DNA of 63,909 nucleotides, counting the filler, from Bdellovibrionales bacterium RIFOXYD12_FULL_39_22 (lineage in GTDB: Bacteria > Bdellovibrionota > Bacteriovoracia > Bacteriovoracales > Bacteriovoracaceae): the NCBI GenBank assembly GCA_001770205.1. It is 6 parts of 6 records of this genome, joined end to end, with 100 filler letters (N's around TTAATTAATTAA, not from the genome) between each part and the next. Parts side by side here need not be neighbours in the genome. Positions count along the whole stretch, not along the records: positions 12,205 to 23,593 come from MEQL01000003.1; positions 23,694 to 39,057 come from MEQL01000005.1; 4 more parts are not named here. One strand, written 5' to 3'. A program made the translations under genes and the position numbers. Shown here one piece after another: positions 19,339 to 29,506 of the stretch (position 1 is its first letter; each line of letters starts with the position of its first letter). The notes under the pieces were generated by a model. It was not told the DNA's origin, made no database searches, and saw only the letters and a program-made list of their open reading frames with translations.

Positions 19339-20133
19339 TTATGCTGTTAATTGGTTGTATGTGGAAGTAAATTTGTCGATGGTATCCGCTGATAATCCGG
19401 CCCATACGACATCGTTACCTCGTGATGTTGGTGCTTGCAAAAGTTCTCTGATCTTTTGGTTTGCATCTCTCATGATGCCCATCATCGCCGGCAAAACTTT
19501 TTCTTTGTCAACGGACTCATATTGCACAGTGAGCCAGTTGTTCTTATTGGCGAAGGAACTAACATCATAATTGAATGCAATCAAATTTTGAAAAAGTCGG
19601 TGTACGGTTTCTTGGCCAGCATTAATATTGCCTTGGGCCAAAATAATTGCGCCATCTTGTTTTTTCAAAATACCTTGCTCAATAAGCTCATTCACTTTGG
19701 CCAGTCCACGTTTCCCGTAGTGGTCAAGGACCATCTGCTCAGTAAACCTTTTCTTCGTTGATGCCATGAGCATAAATTCATAGGTGCCACTATCCTCAAA
19801 AAATGCCTCGGAATCCATGGATACAAATGGAACATTGGTGTTGCCAGAGTAGACGGCTTTGAAGGTAGCGGCCATTTGCGGATAAAACTTGCTAATGAAT
19901 TCATAGACTGTTTCATCATTGCATTTGGCCCTAACTATTTTTAAGGCGTTGATGAAGTCGGGTGTTTCTACTTCACGGTTTTCTATTCTGCCAATCGTTG
20001 TTCTTGGAACACCCAGCTTTCTGGAAAGATGAACGGCGGAAACATTGCCAAAATCTTTCTTCAATCGATGCAGGCACTCGCGCAAAAATTCATTGGCAGA
20101 TGCCTTGTTTTCTAAATCTTCTTTCGTTTTCAT
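19339..20133 (-). CDS. HTH transcriptional regulator (XRE-like N-terminus, winged-helix/DUF4423-like C-terminus)
   Basis: AVHLSRKLGVPRTTIGRIEN HTH; GGAGG RBS. Confidence 0.75.
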   Translation of the reverse strand: MKTKEDLENKASANEFLRECLHRLKKDFGNVSAVHLSRKLGVPRTTIGRIENREVETPDFINALKIVRAKCNDETVYEFISKFYPQMAATFKAVYSGNTNVPFVSMDSEAFFEDSGTYEFMLMASTKKRFTEQMVLDHYGKRGLAKVNELIEQGILKKQDGAIILAQGNINAGQETVHRLFQNLIAFNYDVSSFANKNNWLTVQYESVDKEKVLPAMMGIMRDANQKIRELLQAPTSRGNDVVWAGLSADTIDKFTSTYNQLTA

Positions 20134-20219
20134 ACTGAAAACCTCCTATAATGGTTTCATCGAAAAGCAGAAATTATAGGAGGGTTTCTCCCAAATTCTA
20201 CTTCCCGCGGCCACTGTAT

Positions 20220-20334
20220 TGCGATTGGTGTGCCACTTTGCTATTGTGAGCACTCTATAGATTTTAAGCGGTTAGCGTTGGCGTTGAGTAAAGTTTGTGT
20301 TCTCAATTGAGAACATCGTTTCAAAAGTGAAACA
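20220..20334 (-). promoter_or_regulatory. Sigma54 -24/-12 promoter with tandem upstream activator palindromes
   Basis: TGGCAC-ACCAA-TCGCA (20235-20220); perfect palindrome TGTTCTCAATTGAGAACA at 20298-20315; GTTTCA-N4-TGAAAC at 20318-20333. Confidence 0.7.
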
Positions 20335-20789
20335 GCAGATGCAAAAAATTTCGCAATTGAACCGTAATTTAGGTTTTAGCTATTACAGAGTTTAGTATCT
20401 TCGGCACCAACGGATATAAGCAAGTAAATTAAACGGCGGTATGAATTAGGCTCAATTTACCACATGACTGATTTTTGCAATCTTGAATTAATTTTTTTAC
20501 ATCGCCCCTGTATAATGATCCACTTTGGGGACTTGAATAAGACTGTTTTACTTTCAGTTACACGGGCAATCTATCTTGCAAAATTTCGTGAAAAAGTATA
20601 ACAGGATCAGTTGCTGGGCAAATTTAATTGGCCACGCCCTATAAAAATGACCTTTCCAGAGACCGCGAGAGCTTGACATAATAGAGTGTTTTGGTCGGTT
20701 TGTTTTGTCAGTACCAATTATTACTCGAAAACATTAAGATCTGTCAAAAAAAGCTTAAACATTCAAGTAATAAAAGCCGAAAAATCCAT

Positions 20790-23593
20790 ATGGATTCCAA
20801 GAGCAAATCGTCTTCATCTTTACGACTTCTGTGGTGGTTTGTTGCTACGTTTTTTTTGCATATTATAGTTTGGCAACCATCGGCACTTTCAAAACCTCCG
20901 GCCGAAGTATCAAAACAAGATCTTTATGATGCAATTAATGAACAGCGCGGAAAAGTTCTTGATCACACTCAAGCACCTGAAACATACAAAATTCTAGATA
21001 CTGTGTTTGGAGAATTATCTGGAGCGCAACGAACAATCCAAGGAAAATTTGCAGAAGTTTGGAATAGTCATGTCGCCATCATTGAAAGCCCATCACTGCA
21101 AGCATTTGTGGCGACCATTAAAACTGAGGCCGGCATTGAAAATCATGTCTTTGTTTCAACTGCATTAATTGAAAAGTACTTCAAATCCGAACCACAAAAC
21201 TCAGCTGAGGCCATCGCAAAACTCGCCGGAACTCTTGCTCACGAACTAGCACACCCACTCGATGCTGCCGATCCTCACGGCCTAGGAAAAGGCGACTTTG
21301 CGTCGATTGCTAGTCAATCTCAAGAAATCCGTGCGGATTCTGAAGCAATCGAAATTCTCCGAGAGGCTGGCTACCCAAGAGACGGACTGTACTCCGCACT
21401 AAAAGATCTTGCTAACTCGAACTCAACACTTCTGGAGGCAGCCGCTAGTAGTCACCCAGAAGACACCATGCGACTTTCCACTCAACGTCTCGTACTAACT
21501 CTTGATCGCTATACCAAGGGCACTCCAAATCAACACTCCATAGTAACAGAGACAAAGTTGTTGCAACAAGAGCTTCAAAAAATTCAGGATAAATGGATCT
21601 TTCAAGAACCATTATCACTTGACGATAATATTAAGCGACTATACGCACTAATGGAGCAAAATCCTGCTGGTATGCGCGATGTCGAATTTAATCGATTGTT
21701 GCTTCGTTTAGATCAAGGATTACTCAAAAATCCTTCATTGTCTTCCCAGCAAACTACAGCCATTACTCAATTGTTTGAAAAAATATCCACTAGTCCGACA
21801 GCTCCGCCAATTTTTTCAAAAGAACTCATGAAGCAGACTTTTCGAGAAACCAATCGGTCTAGTGAGTTTATTAACCTTCCTGCACATGACGAATTTATGC
21901 GTCATATTCCATTCTATTCTTCACCTCAGTATACCGACTCAATCGCCACCGCTATTCGGGCGCAAGGTTTTCAAGTTAAAGATATGAGGCATGGTTTTTC
22001 TCGTGCTACGCAGGTAATGCCGGAGAAGGCATTTTTTGAGACGTTTCAAAACGACTTTAAGGATCAGTGGGATACTGTCACAAAGACTGCTTCCGAAAGT
22101 GGGGCAGAATTTCGCATTCGTTTAACAGATTATTACTACAAAAAAATTGCCCCGAATTTAACTTTAGCAAAGCGATTTTCCTTTGAAAAACAGCTTGATT
22201 CCACTTTTGATAAATCACCGATAGGGCCATTTCTTTTTTCGAGCAAAAGACATCCTGACAAAAGCCCTCTTCTACTTAACCGATATAAATATTTCAATAC
22301 AACAACTGGAAGCGAACTGACTACAATGACCAGAGAAACATTAGAGCACATCTGGGCCGATAGGGGTTTTTACGGTTTAATGGATATTATGACCCCGAGC
22401 CTAAATATCAACTGGGCCGAAATCTGGACTCAGTTAGGCATTCCCGCAGGGCAAGGCCGTTCTCAATTATTAAGTGCCGTAAAACAATTCACAACAACTG
22501 ATGGGTATGCCCAAATACTTGCAGGTCACCCAGGGGATGAGTACTTTCCAGCAACGCTAACGTGGGTTGATGACAGCTTACTACCATATTTGCGCGGAGA
22601 TAAAAACCAGGCTGTGCTAGCTTCTGTGGAACTTCGTGAAAGTGCTCAAGAATCGTTTGCAGAAACTTACCTTCGTATGAATCCGTCATCAAAACTAGAA
22701 TCTTTCCAACTAAAAACGGATAAACTTATATCTAGATTAGCTAATGTTCCGGAAGAAAAAATAAATTCTGAATTTTGGAGATTATGGAAAGAGTCCCTAC
22801 AACCTGAGTCTGGTATAAGCCCTATTGATGAAAGTCTTCATATAATCGCTACATCTATTGATCGCTCTTCACTCGAAAAATCAAAAAAACAACATCTGCT
22901 TCGAAGTATTCACCTTGAAAAAACTGACTTTAAAACAGAGATGAACAAGGCCAGCGGATTTGGGAGTGGGCAATGGTTGCACGGCTCTAAGAAAAGCGTT
23001 CATGATATCCAAACAGTACTTGAAAAATATGGTGTGACTAATTCTCCTTTCGCAACACTGGAAGGCCTTGCTCGGTTGCATGCTCCTGGTACGATTGCCT
23101 CTTCGGATGGATATGCGTATAGCGTACTCGTAGGTAGCGACCGCTTTGGGGCGGAGCTAGAAAATGAGTTTCGAGAAGGTCTGGCCAATTGCAAAACTGG
23201 TGTTCAAAAAGAGGAGTGGTTGCAAAGATGGGTTAATCTTCTTGATCCTGCAAGCGGAAACTATGTTGAAAGGTTTCGCTATCCAGATAGCCAAGGAATT
23301 AATCGTCTAAAAAGTACAATTATCTCGTTATTAGACCAAAATCTAGATTCAGAAAAGGCCTGGGAATTATATCAACGCCTAACTGTTAAAAAAAGTGGAA
23401 GCAAGGCGACAGATGAATTCCTAGAACATCTGCTGAAAAAAGTTGATTGGGAAAAAAATCCTGACTGGCAACTCAAAGTTGAACAGGCTTTGCGAGATGG
23501 AAGAGTATCTAGTTCTGAACTTCAAGTTGACCTCTCAAAAGCTGTAACCAATCACCAAATCTTAAAGGCAAAGGCCAATGGAAAGATTGAGGA
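20790..23593 (+). CDS. Large exported protein with N-terminal M48-like zinc metallopeptidase domain, cut by contig end
   Basis: N-terminal hydrophobic helix; LAHELAH, QEIRAD and SSHP motifs. Confidence 0.75.
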
Positions 23594-23693
23594 NNNNNNN
23601 NNNNNNNNNNNNNNNNNNNNNNNNNNNNNNNNNNNNNTTAATTAATTAANNNNNNNNNNNNNNNNNNNNNNNNNNNNNNNNNNNNNNNNNNNN
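23594..23693. other. Artificial contig linker
   Basis: N-run, TTAATTAATTAA, N-run. Confidence 0.99.
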
Positions 23694-23736
23694 ATGAGGA
23701 AGGTAATATTAAGTCTCTTTGCAGTAGGGCCTGGGC

Positions 23737-24711
23737 TCAGTTATAAAACCCGACATTATTTTGTGGGTTTGGTATAACTTCATTTCTCAAGGCCAATATT
23801 TTTTTCTCCTCTCCAAAATGTCTCTCGGCCGGAGTTATAAACTGTATACCAGAGTGTTTATAGGAATAATTGTATTCGTTAAAATAAGTTTCAAAATAGG
23901 CCTGTCCCACTTCCATGGCCTCAAAGCTACCCGGGAATGTTCTAAATGTTTTAATTGTTCCAAAAAGACTCTCTGAAAAAGGATTGTCATCAGAAACCCC
24001 GGCCCTTGAGTATGAATCTACCATCTGAGCATTATGCACAAACTTCAACATTTCCTTCGATGTCATAATGCCGCCGTTATCTTTGTGGTTAACTAGTCCC
24101 GCTCCAGAGATATACTGATTTGCTAGTGCATCTTTCCACATATTTATTGCATACTCCGATTTTTCATGTGCTTCCAGTATCCAGCCAACAACAAGTCGGC
24201 TCCAAATATCAATGATGACATAAAGATAGTATCGCTCATATCTATTATGGGATCTGATTTGACTAACATCCCATGACCAGACCTGATTGATTCCAGTTGC
24301 CGTCAATTGTGGCATGATTCTATTCAACGGTTTTTTTATACCTTTCTTTACTCTTTGAATTAATAATAACTCTTCACTGGCCACTCTATAAAAAGTGGCC
24401 GGCGATGCAATTATCACTCCCTCCTCATCCAGTAATTTATAATAAATTTCGCGAGGACTAAAATCGGCCCACTTTTTCCTCAATAAAACAGTAATAACGT
24501 TTTTTCTATCAACAGCTTTTAACTTGTTGGATGGTGGTTTCTTTCGCCCTCTTTTTGTGTTGCTTGTAATCGCGGTATCTTTTTTCCACTTGTAGAAGGA
24601 TCTTTCTGGAACATCGACGGCATCACAAAATTCCATAATAGAAACACCCTTGTCGCTGGCCTCTTGAGCGCTAAGCTTTAATTCATTTTTTTCTTCTGTT
24701 GATAGGTTCAA
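23737..24711 (-). CDS. IS3-family transposase OrfB (rve DDE)
   Basis: NQVWSWDV, IIDIWSR, HKDNG, DDNPFSESLF.TIK, HSGI.FITP. Confidence 0.9.
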   Translation of the reverse strand: MNLSTEEKNELKLSAQEASDKGVSIMEFCDAVDVPERSFYKWKKDTAITSNTKRGRKKPPSNKLKAVDRKNVITVLLRKKWADFSPREIYYKLLDEEGVIIASPATFYRVASEELLLIQRVKKGIKKPLNRIMPQLTATGINQVWSWDVSQIRSHNRYERYYLYVIIDIWSRLVVGWILEAHEKSEYAINMWKDALANQYISGAGLVNHKDNGGIMTSKEMLKFVHNAQMVDSYSRAGVSDDNPFSESLFGTIKTFRTFPGSFEAMEVGQAYFETYFNEYNYSYKHSGIQFITPAERHFGEEKKILALRNEVIPNPQNNVGFYN

Positions 24712-24721
24712 TCGTTTCCGC

Positions 24722-25285
24722 TTAACATATCGAAAGTTTTTTTTGCAGCACTAATAGAGTGGATAATTTAGCTGTTGTTTTTTCTTGCGCCGCTAGCTCC
24801 TTTTCAAGTTTCTCTATTTTTTTTTGCTCATCTGATTTTTTGTCGGAGCGGGCCTTTCTTTTTCCTAATGCCTCTAGTGCCGCCTGTTTGATTTGCACTT
24901 CCCAGTGAGAAATATCTGCTTGATAAAGTCCATATCTTCTCAATAGTTCAGTTTTGTTATCATCTCCGGCCTTTAGATATTCGTTAACAAGTAGGTACTT
25001 TTCTTCGGGCGAATATCTTTGCTGACTTTTGGAAGCTGCCTTGGGAAGCACCTTCGATTCACTTACAACCTCTTTATTACTATTTTTCGTAGCTTTGTAA
25101 TACCGATGATTATAAATTTTTTTTGCATCCATATTAATAATGTTTGCCAGATTGGAAACGGTCACAGTTGGATTACTGTCTAAAAATTTGACAGCCTCTT
25201 GAACGGTGACATTCTCTTTGTTAAGATCAGCTAGTAATTGCGGATCGATAAGGTTTTTCATAGAAAAAATCTCCTCTTGCCCCAA
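24722..25285 (-). CDS. IS3-family transposase OrfA
   Basis: RYSPEEK...LLRRYGLY...W; coiled coil ending LLVLQKK. Confidence 0.82.
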   Translation of the reverse strand: MGQEEIFSMKNLIDPQLLADLNKENVTVQEAVKFLDSNPTVTVSNLANIINMDAKKIYNHRYYKATKNSNKEVVSESKVLPKAASKSQQRYSPEEKYLLVNEYLKAGDDNKTELLRRYGLYQADISHWEVQIKQAALEALGKRKARSDKKSDEQKKIEKLEKELAAQEKTTAKLSTLLVLQKKLSIC

Positions 25286-25497
25286 TTGTTTTGCTAAATA
25301 TATGCCAATGTGTATTTTTTATATGTAAGAATAAAGTTTTTATCTCATGGTCTCATACTGCACAGATGCCTGAGACATGGGGTTAACAATGTTCTAGATT
25401 CCGACTTTAATTTTAAGTGTTTACAAAATAACACTTTTAAATTAGTCTTTAAACGTCAAAATAATTTTCAACAATATTTTATTAAAGGAATAATGCT

Positions 25498-25884
25498 ATG
25501 AAAAAAATCTTTTTTTGTTTTTGTGTGCTTTTCTTTTTGGAATCTATGGCCTGTATTGAGGAATTCCAAAATTCAGAATGGAGTTCTTCTAGGGATCTTG
25601 GATATGAAAAACTTGTTATTAAACAAGACTCTCTCGAGTATAGCACAATAAACGCTGCCGGAACTGGAACAATAAGTGCCAGCGAAATAAAATGTGAAGA
25701 GGGGTACTTAGATAATAAAGGGACTTATCAGAATACCAGAAGAATTATTGGCAAAATTGTAAACATAGAAGGAGATTATTGGGATAGACGACAATCCGAA
25801 ATTTTCTTTACCATCGTCCCTTATAGAGCAGGGGAATTTATTAAGCTGTGTTTTAATAATGATGAACATTGGTGTGTATACTGA
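25498..25884 (+). CDS. Secreted hypothetical protein
   Basis: Signal peptide; AAAGGA RBS. Confidence 0.7.
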   Translation: MKKIFFCFCVLFFLESMACIEEFQNSEWSSSRDLGYEKLVIKQDSLEYSTINAAGTGTISASEIKCEEGYLDNKGTYQNTRRIIGKIVNIEGDYWDRRQSEIFFTIVPYRAGEFIKLCFNNDEHWCVY

Positions 25885-25924
25885 TACCTCTCAAATACTT
25901 TAAATAATAAAAGCTGGAAGGACT

Positions 25925-26344
25925 ATGCTTAAATTATTAGTTTTCTTATTACTATCTTTTTCTTTATTTTCAAAAACTGTTGAACTGAAAATGAAGGCAC
26001 TTTGGAAAAAAGGAAACATAACTCAAGAGAGAGAAACGAAAATTCTTGCCAAAATTGATCAGGAATGGAGTATCCCTTTTGATGGTAATGATTCCTTTAA
26101 ATATAATATGAAAGTAACAAACGATGTTAATATTTCAAAACAATTATTAAGAACAGACGTTCTTAAGCCTGATGTAATGATTAGCGGCAAGATCTCTGTA
26201 TTGGATAGTGGTAACGAAAGGGTGATCGCCACACCAATGATCCTTTCATATTACAATACTGAGGCCGTTTTAACTATGGAAAGTAAGGATGGTGAGTATT
26301 TTGAATTAAAAATTACACCAACTGAAAAAACCTCTCTCCCTTAA
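25925..26344 (+). CDS. Secreted hypothetical protein
   Basis: Signal peptide MLKLLVFLLLSFSLFS; beta-rich. Confidence 0.72.
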   Translation: MLKLLVFLLLSFSLFSKTVELKMKALWKKGNITQERETKILAKIDQEWSIPFDGNDSFKYNMKVTNDVNISKQLLRTDVLKPDVMISGKISVLDSGNERVIATPMILSYYNTEAVLTMESKDGEYFELKITPTEKTSLP

Positions 26345-26379
26345 AACTACTAATAATCAATGCACGATCATAAAAACTA

Positions 26380-26403
26380 GAACCTAGGAGGGATAAAAGG
26401 GGT
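26380..26403. repeat. Truncated third copy of the GAAC-anchored element, cut by an IS
   Basis: GAACCTAGGAGGGATAAAAGGGGT then switches to the IS left end. Confidence 0.7.
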
Positions 26404-27601
26404 GTCCCTGGCGAAATGATCTTTTTATCACTAAAAATCATAATTTCATAGACTTGTAATTTTTAAATTTCGATATATATTCCCACTGATGAAACTGTTT
26501 TCAATTCTTTTCTTCCATTTCGTAGTCACCTTTTTCAGACTTTTAACTCCTGGCGGCGTTAAGTCCGTTATGGCAGAAAACATTTTAATCAAGCATCAAT
26601 TGATTCTCATAAATAGAACTCGAAAAAAATCTCCACAACTAAAACCGATCGACAGATTTATTCTGGGACTCACCGCTTTTTTCATCACTCCAAAAAGGTT
26701 AATTCAAAATTCTGCAATCTTAAAAGTTTCGACTATTTTGAATTTTCATCAAGCACTGATTAACCGAAAATATCGACTTCTATTTTCTTCCAACAAAACC
26801 GCGAAAAGACCAGGCCCAAAAGGGCCTAGCAAAGATCTTATCAACGCTGTTATCGAGATGAAAAAAAATAATCCAAGAATGGGTTGTCCAAAAATTGCAC
26901 AGACGATTTCTGTGATGTTTGGAGTTACAATCGACAAAGACATCGTCCGAAGAATTTTGGCCCAATACTATAGGCCAGAGAATGGCGGAAACGGGCCATC
27001 ATGGTTAAGCTTCATCGGGAATACAAAAGATAGCTTGTGGAGCTTGGATTTTTTTCGAGTTGAATCAATCAACTTGCAAACCCATTGGGTGATGGTTGTC
27101 ATGGATCAATTCAGCAGAAGAATTATTGGATTTGCCGTAGAATGTTGCGACGGGGTTGATGGCCCAATGGCCTGTCGCATGTTAAGCAGGGCCGTCGGTA
27201 ACCTCAAAACTCCAAAATATATTAGTAGTGACAACGATCCCCTATTCCAATATTTTGTATGGCATGCCAATTTGCGGATTATGGAAATAGAAGAAATTAA
27301 GTCAGTCCCCTATGTTCCTCTCTCGCATCCATTTATTGAACGGCTAATTGGCACACTTAGAAGAGAGTATCTTGATCATATTTTCTTTTGGGGCAAAACA
27401 GATCTTGAAAGAAAACTCGAAGATTTTAAAAAATATTATAATACTTCGCGAATTCATGCTTCTCTTAAGACCTCTCCTGGAGTTGTTGCCAGCGAATCGA
27501 CACTAACCGTTGTAGATATTAAAAATTTTCGTTGGAAAAAACATTGTCGCGGTCTTTTTCAGACGCCTATAGCAGCTTAAATTAGCAATTAGCCATGGAG
27601 A
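26403..27601 (+). mobile_element. rve-type IS (IS481/IS3-related) with imperfect terminal IRs
   Basis: Left TGTCCCTGGCGAAATG; right CAATTAGCCATGGAGA (12/16 complementary). Confidence 0.7.
26489..27580 (+). CDS. Integrase-core (rve) DDE transposase
   Basis: GPKGPS, LDFF, DNDPLF, ERLIGTLRREYLDH, YYN..R.H. Confidence 0.9.
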   Translation: MKLFSILFFHFVVTFFRLLTPGGVKSVMAENILIKHQLILINRTRKKSPQLKPIDRFILGLTAFFITPKRLIQNSAILKVSTILNFHQALINRKYRLLFSSNKTAKRPGPKGPSKDLINAVIEMKKNNPRMGCPKIAQTISVMFGVTIDKDIVRRILAQYYRPENGGNGPSWLSFIGNTKDSLWSLDFFRVESINLQTHWVMVVMDQFSRRIIGFAVECCDGVDGPMACRMLSRAVGNLKTPKYISSDNDPLFQYFVWHANLRIMEIEEIKSVPYVPLSHPFIERLIGTLRREYLDHIFFWGKTDLERKLEDFKKYYNTSRIHASLKTSPGVVASESTLTVVDIKNFRWKKHCRGLFQTPIAA

Positions 27602-28550
27602 GGAGCTTGAAAATCGGTACAACAAAACGAGAACTATCCATTTGGGCCCATGATGGTAGTGGCCTGATTTTATTTTGATGAATATTCTTCCCGGCCAAGG
27701 CCAAAAGAAATGACTCAAATGCACGGCCATTCTTTACTAAAATCTCCAGCTCCTGATCATAGATAAAAATATTAAATTTTTCCGAAATGGCCTTGGCCAA
27801 ATCTAATCGGGCATCCACGCCACGTTCAATATCCATGAAGACCAATACATCTTTTTTTTGGATGATTTTGGCGCGTAAAAGTTCGATTATGATCAAATAA
27901 ATATTCCCCTCGTAAAGATTTAATTCCACAGAAAAATGACGACGCAAATAAGCAAAGCGAGAGAGTAGCATTAGCGAAATATTGCCAAAAGAATCAAAGG
28001 AGAGGTTAAAAAATTTAAGCAACAAATCATAATAGTTAAACCAGATCCAAACATCCACCGGCCGATTCCAGTACGGCAGATACCCTTTTTTTAACTTCCG
28101 CTTGAAAGCACGAGAAAGAATATGTTCGCTAGTATCTTTCTCAAAAAAGTCTTTGGAAAAATCAAAAAGATCATCGCTATTGCGATCATATTCATATTGC
28201 TTGGGATTTGTTTTTTGCAATTTACTATCTTGCTCCATTAGGTCAGCAATTAGTTTTTTTATCTTTGTTACTTCTGGATCAACACAACGATTAATTCCTG
28301 GACAAATTTGCAAACAGCGCTTGCAGGCGGTATCTGAAATGGGGCAATCGACAATCAAATGGTTGGGGGAAAATTCTTGCAGCCAATTTTGAATGGCATC
28401 ATTACCATCTAGGCCTTCTTCATCTTTAACATGCAACAACGAGCGCAAAAACCACCGATCTTTTTCCGGATAGTGCTCCAAAAGACAGAAGTAAAAATTA
28501 TCCTTCCGTCCTCCCTTCAAACTCATACCCGCGACATTTTTACTATCCAT
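27582..28550 (-). CDS. DUF429-like RNase H-fold protein; last residues supplied by the IS end
   Basis: AGMSL.GG, LIVDCP and FESFLLAL motifs; Cys cluster CKRCLQICPG...C. Confidence 0.55.
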   Translation of the reverse strand: MDSKNVAGMSLKGGRKDNFYFCLLEHYPEKDRWFLRSLLHVKDEEGLDGNDAIQNWLQEFSPNHLIVDCPISDTACKRCLQICPGINRCVDPEVTKIKKLIADLMEQDSKLQKTNPKQYEYDRNSDDLFDFSKDFFEKDTSEHILSRAFKRKLKKGYLPYWNRPVDVWIWFNYYDLLLKFFNLSFDSFGNISLMLLSRFAYLRRHFSVELNLYEGNIYLIIIELLRAKIIQKKDVLVFMDIERGVDARLDLAKAISEKFNIFIYDQELEILVKNGRAFESFLLALAGKNIHQNKIRPLPSWAQMDSSRFVVPIFKLLSMANC

Positions 28551-28591
28551 GCTGTTTACTACTTTTTTGTACTTCTGTGTACTTCTACCAA

Positions 28592-29497
28592 TTAGACAAA
28601 TGAATTATTTAAAATTTCACCAACACCACCAAGTCCGGGAACAATGTATTGTTTAGAATTAAGGCCACGCTCTTCTGCTGGATAACTTCCTGGAATAGAT
28701 TTTAAAATCTTCTCTGCAGATAATCCTCGATCTAAGCGAATGGCCACAACTTCAAGATCAGGATGATCGGAGGTAATTTTCTGAATATATTCTGGAGTTA
28801 TCACCAAGTGCATAGCAATAAACCGAATCTCTTGCCCTTCAATTTTATTTTTATAATGATTTATAGCGTATGAAATAGTTCCCCCCGTAGCTCCCATAGG
28901 ATCAGGAAAAACTACAATGGCCGCTTCTTTATCTCCACCAACTTTTGAACCAGAAAAATCAACCCCCACCACTTCCTCTTTTGCATTAACCTTTCGATTG
29001 ATATAGATGTGGTCTTGGCGAATGTTGGCCGGTGTTAACAAATTGTTAAAAATATCAAAGCAAACGTGGGAGGGAAAGGTTCCTGCGCGGGCCAGATCAA
29101 CAGTTATAACACGAGTTGACTTAGCAATAAGTTCTCCCGTAAAAACACCGTGAGGCCCAAACTGCTTCATGCGCGTGTCAGTAGAAACAATCTCCCGCGG
29201 AAAAAAGTTATTCACAACGTCGATGCAAAGATTTCGATAAAGTTGTTCAATCAAATAATTTATTTGTGGCTGATAAGTATTTGGGCGAGAAAGATCATTT
29301 AGTAGCGACATCAAATAAGGATTGGAAAGAATTCGCACCTTTTTACTATAACGATGCTCTATCTGTGATATTTGATATGCCATTTGCTGATGTTGAATAT
29401 CCATATTCATCTCCACCCCCGTCTCAATACAATCATATCTATCCTCCAACTCAACATACAAATCAGACTTATTGTAAATAGTTCCAAAAAAATTCAA
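28592..29497 (-). CDS. upp: Uracil phosphoribosyltransferase-like protein (divergent)
   Basis: LARAG, DPMGATGGT and YIVPGLG motifs. Confidence 0.7.
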   Translation of the reverse strand: MNFFGTIYNKSDLYVELEDRYDCIETGVEMNMDIQHQQMAYQISQIEHRYSKKVRILSNPYLMSLLNDLSRPNTYQPQINYLIEQLYRNLCIDVVNNFFPREIVSTDTRMKQFGPHGVFTGELIAKSTRVITVDLARAGTFPSHVCFDIFNNLLTPANIRQDHIYINRKVNAKEEVVGVDFSGSKVGGDKEAAIVVFPDPMGATGGTISYAINHYKNKIEGQEIRFIAMHLVITPEYIQKITSDHPDLEVVAIRLDRGLSAEKILKSIPGSYPAEERGLNSKQYIVPGLGGVGEILNNSFV

Positions 29498-29506
29498 GCT
29501 TGGCCA

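Larger units (their letters stand above)
23737..25377 (-). mobile_element. IS3-family element (orfA + orfB), 3' end apparently truncated
   Basis: TGTCTCAGG left end near 25377; A8 slippery run at the end of orfA. Confidence 0.8.

Noticed and set aside
20691..23645. 984-aa ORF as given in the track
   Set aside because: The end runs into the linker Ns and the first 33 codons are probably upstream of the real ATG at 20790.
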